Shown here piece after piece: positions 37,573 to 38,562 of a stretch of DNA of 38,562 nt. The notes beneath the pieces were generated by a model. That model worked only from the letters and a program-made list of their open reading frames with translations, searched no databases and was not told the origin of the DNA. Source of the stretch: Clostridia bacterium (lineage in GTDB: Bacteria; Bacillota; Sulfobacillia; DUSP01); assembly GCA_012842575.1 (NCBI GenBank), contig DUSP01000030.1:1-38562 (forward strand), read 5' to 3'. Positions within the stretch are counted from its first letter, which is position 1, and each line of letters opens with the position of its first letter. A program made the translations under genes and the position numbers.

Positions 37573-38079
37573 GTGGCAGGCAGAAAAAGCGGTTTCCTGA
37601 CGGGTCTCTTTATCGGAGGATTGATTGGAACGGTAATGGGAGTCCTTTATGCTCCTAGGTCTGGCGAGAAAACGCGCGAGAAGCTGACAGAGAGAGGAGA
37701 AGAGGTTGCGAACGATTTGAGGCGTGTGGCTTCCACCGTTGCAAGGAGCGGAGAAAACATTATCGACAACCTCAAGTCAATAGCGCTCGATGCAACAGGT
37801 TTGTTGTCAGATACCTTAAGGGTTTTGCGGCGGGAAATACGCGAAGAAACCGAAGAGCTACGGGAGATGGTGAGAAGAGAACGAGAGGGAAGGAGTGCGG
37901 GCCGGTCCGACGAGTCGAGGGTCGGCCGATCGGACGAAGAAGATGAAGACGAACGTGGTGCCTCTCGAAAACACGGAGGCGAAGTTGTGGAGGACGAGGC
38001 CGTCGTCGTGGAAGGTGAGACCGAACCTGATGAGGAAGGCGGATGGGCCGGCGACCTCAATGGCGAAGACGAGGTGTAA
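37573..38079 (+). CDS. ytxH: YtxH-domain protein with an acidic C-terminal tail
   Basis: GFLTGLFIGGLIGTVMGVLYAPRSGEKTREKL is the YtxH signature. I prefer the GTG at 37573, 9 nt after AAGAGGAGG. The track's start is 37549. Confidence 0.8.
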   Translation: MAGRKSGFLTGLFIGGLIGTVMGVLYAPRSGEKTREKLTERGEEVANDLRRVASTVARSGENIIDNLKSIALDATGLLSDTLRVLRREIREETEELREMVRREREGRSAGRSDESRVGRSDEEDEDERGASRKHGGEVVEDEAVVVEGETEPDEEGGWAGDLNGEDEV

Positions 38080-38103
38080 CATGTCCCAATGTGGGTTTGT
38101 CGC

Positions 38104-38147
38104 GTTGTCGAGGGTGCGTTAAGGAATTGTCGAGAGCGTATTAAGGA
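38104..38147. repeat. 22-nt tandem duplication upstream of the rrn promoter, followed by a partial third copy
   Basis: GTTGTCGAGGGTGCGTTAAGGA (38104-38125) is followed by ATTGTCGAGAGCGTATTAAGGA (38126-38147), then CGTATTAAGAACG. Confidence 0.85.
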
Positions 38148-38190
38148 CGTATTAAGAACGCGTTAACCTTCACGGATTGGGCATGGGCTA

Positions 38191-38219
38191 TTTACAATGG
38201 CCGAGGTATATTATATAAT
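38191..38219 (+). promoter_or_regulatory. rrn operon promoter (TTTACA, 17-nt spacer, TATAAT)
   Basis: -35 at 38191-38196 and -10 at 38214-38219, with a 17-nt AT-rich spacer. It lies 30 nt upstream of tRNA-Glu. Confidence 0.75.
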
Positions 38220-38248
38220 GATCAACGCGTCGGAAATCCGGCGCACCT

Positions 38249-38324
38249 GGCCCCATCGTCTAGAGGCCTAGGACGCCGCGCTCTCAATGCGGTAACAGGG
38301 GTTCGAATCCCCTTGGGGCTACCA
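38249..38324 (+). tRNA. tRNA-Glu (anticodon CTC)
   Basis: GGCCCCATCGTCTAGAGGCCTAGGAC... has the typical tRNA-Glu D-arm. Anticodon stem CCGCG/TGCGG, loop CTCTCAA, TTCGAAT T-loop and CCA. Confidence 0.88.
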
Positions 38325-38454
38325 GTAAGACTACCGGACCGAAGACTGCCGGAGCGATTTCGATGTAAGATTCGAACCGAGCCTGACTCCGGTAGATGGG
38401 GCCGGTAGAGTAGTGAACTGTGCCCGATGGCATCGGGCAGCCCTTCAAAAGTCC

Positions 38455-38467
38455 GCTCTTTGAAAAC
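38455..38467 (+). promoter_or_regulatory. boxA-like rRNA antitermination element (GCTCTTTGAAAAC), preceded by a hairpin at 38421-38439
   Basis: The sequence matches the Firmicute rrn leader boxA pattern CTCTTTGAAAAC. TGCCCGATG/CATCGGGCA forms a palindromic hairpin just upstream. Confidence 0.6.
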
Positions 38468-38493
38468 CTGGCAGCGTGCGAGCCTAAAACCAA

Positions 38494-38562
38494 TTCACGG
38501 AGAGTTTGATCCTGGCTCAGGACGAACGCTGGCGGCGTGCCTAAGACATGCAAGTCGTGCGC
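38494..38562 (+). rRNA. rrs: 16S ribosomal RNA, 5' end (partial; continues beyond the window)
   Basis: AGAGTTTGATCCTGGCTCAGGACGAACGCTGGCGGCGTGCCTAAGACATGCAAGTCG contains the universal 27F region. The exact 5' end is uncertain by a few nt. Confidence 0.97.

Overview
This window is the replication-origin region of a GC-rich, spore-forming, Firmicutes/Clostridia-like chromosome. Gene order closely tracks the Bacillus subtilis ori map. On the minus strand: noc, rsmG, mnmG, mnmE, jag, yidC, yidD, rnpA, rpmH. A bipartite oriC flanks dnaA. On the plus strand: dnaA, dnaN, recF, a DUF721 gene, a remB-like gene, gyrB, gyrA, archease, rtcB, a LUD-domain gene, mtnP, mtnA and serS. These are followed by a tRNA cluster (4 Ser, 2 Arg), tadA, SRP RNA, dnaX, ybaB, recR, yaaL and bofA. 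The window ends with a four-subunit 2-oxoacid:ferredoxin oxidoreductase, gltX, tRNA-Gln, a DUF948/YtxH stress pair, and an rrn promoter driving tRNA-Glu and the 16S 5' end. I do not see a convincing novel multi-gene system such as a defence island, CRISPR array or prophage. Five things deserve a second look. (1) An edge-truncated TnpB-like ORF at 1-555 (minus) is missing from the supplied ORF track and lies next to two perfect hairpins. (2) An unannotated, roughly 215-nt closed-stem RNA candidate sits between a consensus promoter and the first tRNA-Ser. (3) Short head-to-tail tandem duplications (8-47 nt) are very dense, including in-frame arrays inside recF and dnaX and a 7 x 13-nt array between porA and porB. 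(4) A DUF721 (DciA-like) gene sits beside a Bacillus-type remB-like gene. (5) Archease and rtcB are appended to gyrBA. All functional calls rest on motif recognition by eye, and no database search was run.
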